Shown here piece by piece: positions 45,343-54,193 of a stretch of 64,000 nucleotides of DNA. Below the pieces are notes generated by a model. The model searched no databases and had not been told where the DNA came from. It saw nothing but the letters and a program-made list of their open reading frames with translations. A program made the translations under genes and the position numbers. Source of the stretch: Micavibrio sp. UBA5703. GTDB lineage: Bacteria; Pseudomonadota; Alphaproteobacteria; Micavibrionales; Micavibrionaceae. Numbering within the stretch: position 1 is the first letter of the stretch; every line of letters begins with the position of its first letter. The DNA is taken from NCBI GenBank assembly GCA_002420015.1, contig DIHF01000054.1, positions 30,943 to 94,942 of the forward strand, read 5' to 3'.

Positions 45343-48300
45343 ATGGCTGACGCAAATAACAACGAAATTGTGGTTCAGGAAAATTCCGAGAGCGCAGAGT
45401 CTCAGGAAATTGTTGTCACCAACGCAGAGACAGGAGAAGCCAACGACAATGGCGCCTATAACAATCCGGCGCCGTGCGTATACACATCGGAACCTGTCAT
45501 CATCAGTCAGCCCTCAGATGGTTCTCCGGACTCGGTCATTATTGTAGAGCCGGGAAAAACCTACATTTTTGATTTTGCTGTTGGCGCTATCGCAGCGACG
45601 ACACAGAAAGACGGCGACGTCGTCATAAAATTTGCCAACGACACAACGATCACGCTGAAAGATTTTGATGCGGCGTTCACTGCACAGTTCCCGCCGGCCC
45701 TGACGCTGGCCGATGGCACGGTTGTTTCCGCGCATGATCTGGTTGATACGCTCACTGCCAATAATGAAAAAGTAGAAGAAGCTCCGAAAGAGGAGCCGCA
45801 ATCCGATGTGCGTAAAGCTGCGCAAATCGAACCGGCTGCAGGCGACGAACCCAGCGCCGAAGAACTGGCCCAGATTGAAACCGCTGCCGGTGAAGAAGGC
45901 GGCGCAAAAAACTCCGGCTTTGGTTTCCAAAGCAGTTTTGCTGCAGGCCCGATTGACCCGCTTGACGATGTCGGCCCGATCGATCCGACTGCCTTGAAGT
46001 ACGGCGTTGATTTCAACAACGATATCGTTTTCCCTGAAGATGAAGTTCCGGACGATAGCCCAATTCTTGTTGGTCCGCTGACGGAATCGATGGACGAAAC
46101 CGATCTCGGCCCGATCGTTGAAACGGGTCAGGTTCTGGCCAATTTCGGCAATGACGGCCCTGGCACGATCAAGCCGAACGGCTCTTTCGTCGCGGGCGGT
46201 TCGCTGCTGGGCGGCAATCTGACTTCGAACGGCGTTGCCGTCGTCGTCACACAAACAGCCGATGGTTATGAAGGCAAAGCTGGCGGCACGACTATTTTCA
46301 CATTGGCAGTCGATCCTGCGACCGGCAAATATACGTTTACGCTGCTGGATACGCTCGACCATCAAGACGCAGGCAATCCCAACGATGTCATCACGCTGCA
46401 ATTCGGCGTGGTTGCCGAAGACAAAGACGGCGACAAGGCGCAAACCACAATCACCGTCAGCGTAGCCGACGACGCGCCGCTGGCCGTTGCACCGAAGGAA
46501 GAAACCGTCGATGAAGCCAATCTCGGTCCGGTTTCGATTTCAGATACGCTGGTTATTGATTTCGGCAACGATGGCCCCGGTACGGTCAATCCGAACGGCA
46601 GCACGAATGTAACCGGCGATGTAGCCGGTGGTAACTTGACGTCAAACGGCGTTCCGGTTGTCATCACCCAGACCGCGACGGGCTATGTCGGCAAGGCGGG
46701 CGGCGTTGATGTGTTCACGTTGAACATCAACCCGAACACGGGCGCTTATACCTTTACCCTTATCAAGCCGCTGGATCATTCAAATCCGGGTGACAAGATC
46801 ACGATCGACTTTGGTGTCATCGTAAAAGACTTCGATCTGGATGCGGTCAGCACCACGATCACAATCAACATCATCGACAGCGTGCCGTGCTTTGGCAAAC
46901 CGGCTGTCGGTGCAGGCATCGAAAATATCGATGAAACGAATCTCGGCCCGATCAATGTCGGCGGTACGCTGAACTTCAATGTCGGCTCGGACACGCCGGG
47001 CAAGATCGAAACCAACGGCAATTTCACAAAGAGCGGCTCGCTGCTCGGCGGCAATCTGACCTCGGATGGCGTTGCGGTTGTCGTATCGCAAACCCCGGGC
47101 GGGTATGTCGGCATGGCCGGTGGCGTCAAGGTCTTTGAACTCACGATCAACCCGAACACAGGCGCTTACAATTTCACGCTGCTGGAGCAACTCGATCACA
47201 ACGACCCGAACAATCCGAACGATGTGATTACGCTGAAATTCGGCGTCAAGGTCACCGATAAGGACGGCGATACCGATAACGGCACGATCACGATCAATGT
47301 TGCCGACGATGCCGTCACGGCGAATGATGATTTCAACACATATAATGTTGCCGATGGCGGCGACAGCGGCAATGTCATTACCGGCCTCAATGGCGGTCCG
47401 GGCGCAGCCGATGCGCTGAGCGAAGACATCGACAATACCGTTGTCAGGGTTTCCTTCAACGGTACGACGGTCAATATTCCCGAAGGCGGTTTTGGCACCA
47501 TCAACGGCCAGTATGGTACGCTGAAGATATTCTCGAATGGCAGCTATACCTACACGTTGTTCAATGCCGCGCCAGCCGGTTCGCCCGAGTTTCTTCAGGA
47601 CAAGTTCACCTATGTTCTTAAAGATGGCGATGGCGATACGGACCCGGCTTATCTGACGCTGAAAGGCTCGTTCCCGCCGGTCAATGCGGATATCTGCGTC
47701 AATAACGGCGTTGATAATGTTCAGGTTAAAGAAGACGGCTCCGTCACCGTTCCGGTTACGGCAAGCTACACGGGTGGTAACGGCAACGAGCATCTGACGC
47801 TTACGCTGAACGGCGTCAATCCGGCCTGGGGCTTTTCGGGCACGGGTTGGGTTGCCACGGGCGTACCCGGCCAGTATCAGCTTGTATTGCCTGCGGGTCA
47901 GAGAAACTTCTCCGGCACGTTCAAATTTACGCCCCCGGCGCAAAGCGATGTCGACCTCAATGCGCTTTCGGTTACGGCCACGGTTAGCGGCCCCAATCCG
48001 GGCGACAGCGACACAGCATCCGACGGCTTCAACATCATCGTCGATGCCGTTGCCGACAAGCCGAGCATCGTTGCCAATGACGGCACGGGCGAAGAAGGCC
48101 AGCCGATTCCGATCAATATCGCCGGCTTGCTGGGCGTTGACAATTTCGACAGTTCGGAAGTTATTTCGGGTTATCAGATCTCCGGCCTGCCGACGACGGG
48201 CTTTACCTTTAACAAGGGGACAAACCTTGGCGGCGGCGTGTGGTCGTTTACCCCGGCCGAGATTTCCGGCCTGACATTGACGCCGACCAATCCGAATTTC

Positions 48301-50166
48301 TACGGCACTCTCAATCTGACGGCGAAAATCCTGACGACGGAAAACCCCGTTTCGGATGGCGAATTTGACACAACCGACAACAACAACAGCGCGACCGATG
48401 GCTTCTGCATCGTCTGGAAGCCGGACGGCAATCCCGTTCTGGTCCAGCCGGAAACCGTGACGGTCGATGAAACCAATCTTGCGCCGACCACGCAGGTCAG
48501 CGGCACGATTGAAGCCGATTTCGGCAACGACGCGCCGGGTTCCTTCTCGGGCACGGGCACGTTTACGAGCGCCATTCCGCTTACCAGCAACGGCGCTCCG
48601 GTGACCGTAAGCTTCAATGCAGGCACGAATACCTATACGGGTACATCGGGCGGCAACACGATATTTACGCTCGCGATCGAGTCGGATGGCGATTACACCT
48701 TTACGCTGCGCGGCGTTCTGGATCACCCGAATGCCTCGAACCCGAACGACAATATTCCCGTTCAGTTCGGCATCCGTGCCACAGACAGCGACGGCGAAAG
48801 CACAAACGGCATCATCACGGTCAATATTCTTGACGATGCGCCGAAGGCTTATGCCGATTGCAACCGTTTCGACCTTCAGGCCGTGAAGAAGGACTTTAAC
48901 ATTGTCCTGATCCTTGACACATCGGGTTCGATGGCCGGCGACAAGATTGCACTTCTGAAGTCATCCGTTGCCAATCTGCTCGGCGATTTCAACGCCTATA
49001 ATAGCGGCACAGTGAAAGTACATATCGTATCTTTCTCCACGACCGCAGGCGCAGGCCAGACCTTTACGGTTACCAATGACGGTGATTTCACGGCGGCGGT
49101 GAACTATATCAACGCTTTCACGGCCAACGGCTATACAAACTATGAGGCCGCGCTGAAATCCGGTATCAACTGGCTGAGCGGATCGAACACGATCCCCGGC
49201 GCGGAAACGATCACTTATTTCGTATCCGACGGCGAGCCGAACCGTTATCTCGACAATAACGGCAATGTCGTAAACAACAACGATGCTGCGATATCGCAGG
49301 CGCAGTACACCGGCGTTGCCGATGGCACCAACGAAGTAGCGCAGATCCAGGCGCTCAGCGACAAGGTTATCGGCGTTGGCATCGGCGTAAATTCCACGAC
49401 GCTGGCACGCCTCGATATTATCGACTCGAACGGCGATGCGCTGGATGTTAAAAATCCGGCGGACCTCGATGCCGCGCTGCAAGGCACCAACCCGCTTAAC
49501 GGGTCGGCTTCCGGGAATGTCATCACCGGTCAAAACGGCGGTGCGGGCGCTCAGGACGATCTGAGCAACGACGCACCGACGCTTGTGACCAAGGTGTCGT
49601 TCGGTCTGACGAGCGTCGATGTTCCGGGCGTGGGCGTAGCCACGATTAACGGCACGTTCGGCAAGCTCGAAATCTCCGCCAATGGTGCGTACAAATACAC
49701 CCTGTTTACCTTGCCGAACGGCCAGGTTCAGGAAACCAAGGATGTATTCAAGTACACCATCAAGGATGACGACGGCGACAGCAGCACTTCGGAGCTTGCC
49801 CTGGTGGGCAGCGCGGACCAGTCGGTTATCGCCAGCGCAACGGGTGCCCAGCATCTGTATGGCACCTCGAGCGCGGATACGTTTGTATTTGATGCGCTTA
49901 CCGACCGCCTCGACACGATTCACGACTTTGACGTGAATGGCGGCGATGTGCTGGATATTTCGGCACTTATGGGCCAGTACGATCCGTTGCAGGACAGCAT
50001 TAACGATTTCGTGTTCAAGACGGAATCCGGCGGCAACACCACAATTTCGGTCGATGTGAACGGCACGGGCAATATCGCCAATGCCACTTCTATTGCCGTA
50101 ATTCAGGGTGTAACCGGGCTTAATCTTGAACTCGTAACGAATGACGGTCAGGCCGCCGTAGTGTAA
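45343..50166 (+). CDS. giant repeat adhesin / type I secretion substrate (1607 aa) with a VWA domain
   Basis: ATG at 45343 lies 8 nt after GAGGAG. It has four ~131-aa modules (D-E-T/A-N-L-G/A-P...GNLTSNG....V.QT..GY.G.AGG...F.L...P.TG.Y.FTL...LDH.....P.D...L.F......D.DGD......I.V.DD.P). It has two VCBS-like units (GxxGxLxIxxNGxYxYTL). The VWA MIDAS is LILDTSGSM. The C-terminal domain is ADTFVFDALTDRLDTIHDFDVNGGDVLDISAL...ISVDVNGTG.... No N-terminal signal peptide. Confidence 0.9.
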   Translation: MADANNNEIVVQENSESAESQEIVVTNAETGEANDNGAYNNPAPCVYTSEPVIISQPSDGSPDSVIIVEPGKTYIFDFAVGAIAATTQKDGDVVIKFANDTTITLKDFDAAFTAQFPPALTLADGTVVSAHDLVDTLTANNEKVEEAPKEEPQSDVRKAAQIEPAAGDEPSAEELAQIETAAGEEGGAKNSGFGFQSSFAAGPIDPLDDVGPIDPTALKYGVDFNNDIVFPEDEVPDDSPILVGPLTESMDETDLGPIVETGQVLANFGNDGPGTIKPNGSFVAGGSLLGGNLTSNGVAVVVTQTADGYEGKAGGTTIFTLAVDPATGKYTFTLLDTLDHQDAGNPNDVITLQFGVVAEDKDGDKAQTTITVSVADDAPLAVAPKEETVDEANLGPVSISDTLVIDFGNDGPGTVNPNGSTNVTGDVAGGNLTSNGVPVVITQTATGYVGKAGGVDVFTLNINPNTGAYTFTLIKPLDHSNPGDKITIDFGVIVKDFDLDAVSTTITINIIDSVPCFGKPAVGAGIENIDETNLGPINVGGTLNFNVGSDTPGKIETNGNFTKSGSLLGGNLTSDGVAVVVSQTPGGYVGMAGGVKVFELTINPNTGAYNFTLLEQLDHNDPNNPNDVITLKFGVKVTDKDGDTDNGTITINVADDAVTANDDFNTYNVADGGDSGNVITGLNGGPGAADALSEDIDNTVVRVSFNGTTVNIPEGGFGTINGQYGTLKIFSNGSYTYTLFNAAPAGSPEFLQDKFTYVLKDGDGDTDPAYLTLKGSFPPVNADICVNNGVDNVQVKEDGSVTVPVTASYTGGNGNEHLTLTLNGVNPAWGFSGTGWVATGVPGQYQLVLPAGQRNFSGTFKFTPPAQSDVDLNALSVTATVSGPNPGDSDTASDGFNIIVDAVADKPSIVANDGTGEEGQPIPINIAGLLGVDNFDSSEVISGYQISGLPTTGFTFNKGTNLGGGVWSFTPAEISGLTLTPTNPNFYGTLNLTAKILTTENPVSDGEFDTTDNNNSATDGFCIVWKPDGNPVLVQPETVTVDETNLAPTTQVSGTIEADFGNDAPGSFSGTGTFTSAIPLTSNGAPVTVSFNAGTNTYTGTSGGNTIFTLAIESDGDYTFTLRGVLDHPNASNPNDNIPVQFGIRATDSDGESTNGIITVNILDDAPKAYADCNRFDLQAVKKDFNIVLILDTSGSMAGDKIALLKSSVANLLGDFNAYNSGTVKVHIVSFSTTAGAGQTFTVTNDGDFTAAVNYINAFTANGYTNYEAALKSGINWLSGSNTIPGAETITYFVSDGEPNRYLDNNGNVVNNNDAAISQAQYTGVADGTNEVAQIQALSDKVIGVGIGVNSTTLARLDIIDSNGDALDVKNPADLDAALQGTNPLNGSASGNVITGQNGGAGAQDDLSNDAPTLVTKVSFGLTSVDVPGVGVATINGTFGKLEISANGAYKYTLFTLPNGQVQETKDVFKYTIKDDDGDSSTSELALVGSADQSVIASATGAQHLYGTSSADTFVFDALTDRLDTIHDFDVNGGDVLDISALMGQYDPLQDSINDFVFKTESGGNTTISVDVNGTGNIANATSIAVIQGVTGLNLELVTNDGQAAVV
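46084..47316 (+). repeat. three tandem ~390-400-bp coding repeats (adhesin modules 1-3)
   Basis: The modules begin at about 46084, 46498 and 46918 and each ends in ...(V/I)(A/I)DD(A/S)(P/V). They are divergent at DNA level but conserved at protein level. Confidence 0.75.
48451..48843 (+). repeat. fourth copy of the adhesin module
   Basis: ETVTVDETNLAPTTQVSGTIEADFGNDAPG...LDHPNASNPNDNIPVQFGIRATDSDGESTNGIITVNILDDAP. Confidence 0.7.
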
Positions 50167-50283
50167 TGACCGGATAATTATGTAACATCTTGCATAAGCT
50201 CTTGAAAAAGGGCATAAGTAAGGTGAGCTGGATTGTGGATAACATAAATTTACTTAGTAAAAACCAAAGGATGAGGATAGCTC

Positions 50284-51681
50284 GTGATTACGAATAAAAA
50301 AATGCGCACATTGTGCCTTTCAACTGCGGTGTCGGCCTTGCTTATGTTTGGTGCCGGCCCGGTTGCTTCGCAGGAAAACACAACCATCACGCTACAGAAT
50401 GCTGTGGCCACGGGCGTTTCGACAAATCCGGAATACGGTGTTGTCGCCGCCAGCCGCCGCGCAACGGATGAAGAACTGAAGCAGGGCGAAGCGCTCTTCC
50501 TTCCCTCAATCGATATGCGCGCCGATACAGGTTTTGAACACAGCGATGACCCGGCTACACGCGGCGGTCTCGACAGCGACGACACGGAAAATATGTGGCG
50601 CTATGAAGCAGCCCTGACGTTGACCCAGATGCTGTTCGACGGTTGGGAAAGCAAGTACGAAGTCAAGCGCCAGCAGGCACGCGTAGAGTCCTCGGCTCAT
50701 CGCGTTCGCGAGACTGCCGAGCTTACGGGTCTTTCGATCGTCGAGGCTTACCTCGAAGTCATGCGCCAGCGTCAGCTTCTTGAGATTTCGCGCCAGAACG
50801 TTGCGGATCACATTTCTATCCTTGAGCAGATTCAGGACGGTGTAACCGCCGGTCGTTCGACGCAGGCCGATATGGAGCAAGCCAAGGCGCGCCTTGCTTC
50901 TTCACGCGCCACCGAAACCAACACACGTCAGGCTTTACGCAACGCCGAGTCCCAGTACCGCCGTGAAGTCGGCGATGCGCCCGGCCAGTTGCAACTGCCG
51001 ACCATTCCTTACGACTCTCTGTCCACGGATGTGGAAGACGAAGTACGCAAGGCACTGGCCTACAGCCCGACGCTGGACATCTTTGAGGCCGATATCGAAG
51101 TTGCCTATGCCGAAGCGCAGGGCACACGCTCGACCTTCTACCCGCAGGTTGATCTGCAACTGACGGGTCGTCAGGGCCATGACATCAACGGGGTTGAAGG
51201 TCGCGATACCAGCGCCACGGCTCTGATGGTCATGAACTGGAACCTTTATCGCGGCGGTGCCGACATGGCCCGTTCGCGCGAGTTTATCCATCGCCACCAG
51301 CAAACAAAAGAAGCCCGCGCCGAAGCTGGCCGTGCCGTTGAAACCGACGTGCGCCAGACATGGGCATCCATGGTTGCCGCCGGTGAGCGCGCTCGCCACT
51401 TCTCGTCGCAGGCTGACGCCAACACAGAAGTCGTAAAGGCCTACAAGGACCAGTTTTCTCTGGACCGCCGTACGCTCCTTGACGTGCTGGATGCGCAGAA
51501 CGAGCTTTTCGTGTCCCGCTCCAATACCGTCAACGCCGAGTTTCTGGAAATGTTTGCGGTATTTCGTATTCTGGCCCTGAGAGGCGGCTTGCTTCCCCTG
51601 CTCGGCGTAGAGTATCCTAGAGAGAGCGCCGTCGCTTCCGACGACACCTGGTCGACCAAAGAGAAGATGAAGGCGCGCTAA
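50284..51681 (+). CDS. tolC: TolC-family outer-membrane protein (type I secretion)
   Basis: GTG at 50284 follows GAGGA (alternative ATG at 50302). Signal peptide ...LSTAVSALLMFGAGPVASQ. Typical TolC N-terminal LQNAV....NPE and a two-fold repeat structure (LP....AD.G.....; YPQVDL...). Confidence 0.85.
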   Translation: MITNKKMRTLCLSTAVSALLMFGAGPVASQENTTITLQNAVATGVSTNPEYGVVAASRRATDEELKQGEALFLPSIDMRADTGFEHSDDPATRGGLDSDDTENMWRYEAALTLTQMLFDGWESKYEVKRQQARVESSAHRVRETAELTGLSIVEAYLEVMRQRQLLEISRQNVADHISILEQIQDGVTAGRSTQADMEQAKARLASSRATETNTRQALRNAESQYRREVGDAPGQLQLPTIPYDSLSTDVEDEVRKALAYSPTLDIFEADIEVAYAEAQGTRSTFYPQVDLQLTGRQGHDINGVEGRDTSATALMVMNWNLYRGGADMARSREFIHRHQQTKEARAEAGRAVETDVRQTWASMVAAGERARHFSSQADANTEVVKAYKDQFSLDRRTLLDVLDAQNELFVSRSNTVNAEFLEMFAVFRILALRGGLLPLLGVEYPRESAVASDDTWSTKEKMKAR

Positions 51682-51682
51682 G

Positions 51683-51824
51683 AATATACCCGCAAATAGG
51701 TTTTGGCTGAAATCTGCTGCGTCAAAAACATGCTCGAAACGCGTGTACTTCAATGTACACTTTCCTTTCTGCGCGTGTTTTTTCCTTGCATCTTTCTACC
51801 CAAAACCTGATTTGCGGGTATATT
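51683..51824. repeat. 142-bp element with ~24-bp terminal inverted repeats between tolC and the ABC gene
   Basis: The left arm is AATATACCCGCAAATAGGTTTTGG (51683-51706). The right arm is CCAAAACCTGATTTGCGGGTATATT (51799-51824), with one bulged nucleotide. An internal hairpin is GTGTAC-ttcaat-GTACAC. Confidence 0.7.
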
Positions 51825-51866
51825 TGAGGTCATCGATTTTCTGATTCCAGCGGAGTATCCAGTAAG

Positions 51867-54191
51867 GTGAGCAGCCAGAAAAAGCCGGACGACATATCCG
51901 TTTCCATTACGCAGAGCGGCTCTGGAACTACGGAGCCGCCTTCTACTGTAGAAGCCCCCGATGGCTGGCCGCTGCAGGCTGACCGCATGGCTATCCATAA
52001 TCCTTTGGTTGATTGCCTGCGCCTATTGGCCGGGCATTATGGCCGTCGCACCAGCAATGCTTCGCTTACGGCCGGGCTGCCGATGCCCAAAGCGGGCATC
52101 ACACCCGCATTATTCGTACGGGCCGCCGAGCGCGCCGATCTTCACGCGCAGCTTGCCGAACGTACATTAGGCTCGCTTGCGGTTGCTCCGAATCTTCCCT
52201 GCGTTCTCGTTCTTGAAAATGGGCAGGGCTGCATTCTTTGGGATATTCAGCACCCGCAGAAAAAACAGCCCAGAAAAAAGAAAAACGCCGAGATTAAAGA
52301 CAAGGACATTCATCCGGAAACGAAATTCATCGTCCAGTTCCCCGAGACCAAAGAAGAAAAACAATCCCTGACCCTGCCGGAGCTGCAAAAGCTTTATGCG
52401 GGTTATGCCTTCTTTGTGCGTCCGGTGGCGCGGGTCGATGATCGTGCGGGACCTGCGGAGATCGATACGGGCCGCGACTGGTTCTGGGGGACGTTCTGGC
52501 GCAACCGCACCCTGTACGGCGAAGTCGTTGTCGCGGCGCTCATGATCAACCTCTTTGGTTTGGCCAGCTCTATTTTCGTCATGAACGTTTATGACCGCGT
52601 CGTTCCGAACGGCGAGGCCGCGCTTTCGACGCTCTGGGTTCTGGCTGTTGGCGTTATGGTCGTTTTCATCTTTGATTTTGTGCTGCGCAATCTGCGCGCC
52701 AATTTCCTCGATTATGCAGGACGCAAGGCCGATGTGAAAATTTCGGCCATGCTGTTCGAGCAGATGATGGGTATGACCATGACTGCGCGTCCTGCCAGCG
52801 CCGGTGTACTGGCTTCCAACATGCGCGAGTTCGAATCCCTGCGCGACTTTTTCACTTCGGCGACGATGACGGCGCTTGTCGATATGCCGTTCGTGCTGAT
52901 TTATATCGCCATTATTGCCGTTATCGGCGGGCCTCTTGCCATTATTACGCTCGCGGCTGTACCGCTGATCGTCGGCATCGGCTGGGTACTCCAAAAGCCT
53001 CTGCAAAAAGTCATTAAAGAGTCTCTGCATGAAAGCGCGCTCAAGAACGCGTTGTTGTTCGAGACAATCATCGGCCTTGAAACCATCAAGGTGCAGGCCG
53101 CCGAAGGCAACACCCAGCGCAACTGGGAGGAACTCAGCGAAAAATCCTCGCGCACATCCGTAAAGTCGCGCCGCCTTTCGTCTTTCGCGCAGCATTGGGC
53201 CATGTTCGTGCAGCAAATCGTCGGTGTCGTTATTGTCATCGTCGGCGTGTATCTTATTGCGGCGGGTGAATTATCAATGGGCGGCCTGATTGCATCCGTT
53301 ATCCTGTCGGGCCGCGCTTTGGCCCCGCTGGGGCAGGTAGCCGGGCTTCTTGTGCGCCTCAACCAGTCGAGCCAGGCCTTGAAACAGCTTGACGACCTCA
53401 TGAAAAAGCCGGTCGAACGCCCCTACGGCAAAAACTTCATTTCCATGCCGCATGTCCGGGGCCGCATCGAGTTCCGCGATGTTGTCTTTAACTATCCCGG
53501 TCAAACTGTGCCTGCGGTCAACCATCTCAGCTTCACGCTGGAGCCGGGCGACAAGGTCGGGATTATCGGCGCGGTAGGCTCCGGCAAAACGACGCTGGAG
53601 CGCCTTCTGATCAATCTTTATCAACCGGCCAGCGGCTCGGTACAGATTGACGGCACCGACGTGCGCCAGATCGATCCAGGCGATTTGCGCCGCAATGTCG
53701 GCACCGTCCAGCAAAGCCCGCAGCTTTTCTACGGCTCGGTACGCCACAACATCACGATGGGACATGAAACGGCCTCGGACCGTGCGGTTTTGCGCGCCGC
53801 AGAGCTTTCCGGCGTTATGGAGTTCTTGAAGGATTCGTCGGCCGGACTCGACACGCAGGTCGGTGAGCGCGGCGAAGCGCTCTCGGGCGGCCAGCGTCAG
53901 GCTGTGGCGATTGCGCGGGCGCTTTTATACGATCCGCCGATCATGATTCTGGACGAGCCGACAGCCTCGCTTGATCCTGCCTCGGAAAACCGCCTGAAGA
54001 AAAGGCTCGGCGAGATTTGCAAGGAAAAGACCACTATTTTGATTACACACAAAGGCCCAATGCTGGCGCTGGTCGATAAAATCATTCTGATCGATCGCGG
54101 GCGCCTGGTTGCCTTCGGGCCGAAAGATGAAATCATCAGCAAGCTGCAGGCGCGCCAGTTCGGCACGCAGGCCGAGAATACGGATGTTTGA
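51867..54191 (+). CDS. type I secretion system permease/ATPase with an N-terminal C39-like domain
   Basis: GTG at 51867 (GGAG 11 nt upstream). N-terminal ...NPLVDCLRLLAGHYGRR...LPCVLVLENGQGCILWDI. Six TM segments. Walker A GAVGSGKTT, signature LSGGQRQ, Walker B IMILDEPT. Confidence 0.9.
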   Translation: MSSQKKPDDISVSITQSGSGTTEPPSTVEAPDGWPLQADRMAIHNPLVDCLRLLAGHYGRRTSNASLTAGLPMPKAGITPALFVRAAERADLHAQLAERTLGSLAVAPNLPCVLVLENGQGCILWDIQHPQKKQPRKKKNAEIKDKDIHPETKFIVQFPETKEEKQSLTLPELQKLYAGYAFFVRPVARVDDRAGPAEIDTGRDWFWGTFWRNRTLYGEVVVAALMINLFGLASSIFVMNVYDRVVPNGEAALSTLWVLAVGVMVVFIFDFVLRNLRANFLDYAGRKADVKISAMLFEQMMGMTMTARPASAGVLASNMREFESLRDFFTSATMTALVDMPFVLIYIAIIAVIGGPLAIITLAAVPLIVGIGWVLQKPLQKVIKESLHESALKNALLFETIIGLETIKVQAAEGNTQRNWEELSEKSSRTSVKSRRLSSFAQHWAMFVQQIVGVVIVIVGVYLIAAGELSMGGLIASVILSGRALAPLGQVAGLLVRLNQSSQALKQLDDLMKKPVERPYGKNFISMPHVRGRIEFRDVVFNYPGQTVPAVNHLSFTLEPGDKVGIIGAVGSGKTTLERLLINLYQPASGSVQIDGTDVRQIDPGDLRRNVGTVQQSPQLFYGSVRHNITMGHETASDRAVLRAAELSGVMEFLKDSSAGLDTQVGERGEALSGGQRQAVAIARALLYDPPIMILDEPTASLDPASENRLKKRLGEICKEKTTILITHKGPMLALVDKIILIDRGRLVAFGPKDEIISKLQARQFGTQAENTDV

Positions 54192-54193
54192 TC

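Noticed and set aside
45514-49923. Long minus-strand ORFs (309, 648 and 320 aa) inside the adhesin gene
   Set aside because: They are antisense shadows of a repetitive, codon-biased gene. Their products are Arg/Ile/Ala-rich with no domain signature, whereas the plus-strand reading has modular repeats, VWA and secretion domains.
50234-50242. Perfect DnaA box TGTGGATAA between the adhesin and tolC
   Set aside because: It is a single isolated box with no AT-rich unwinding element or cluster and no dnaA/dnaN context. It is most likely chance.
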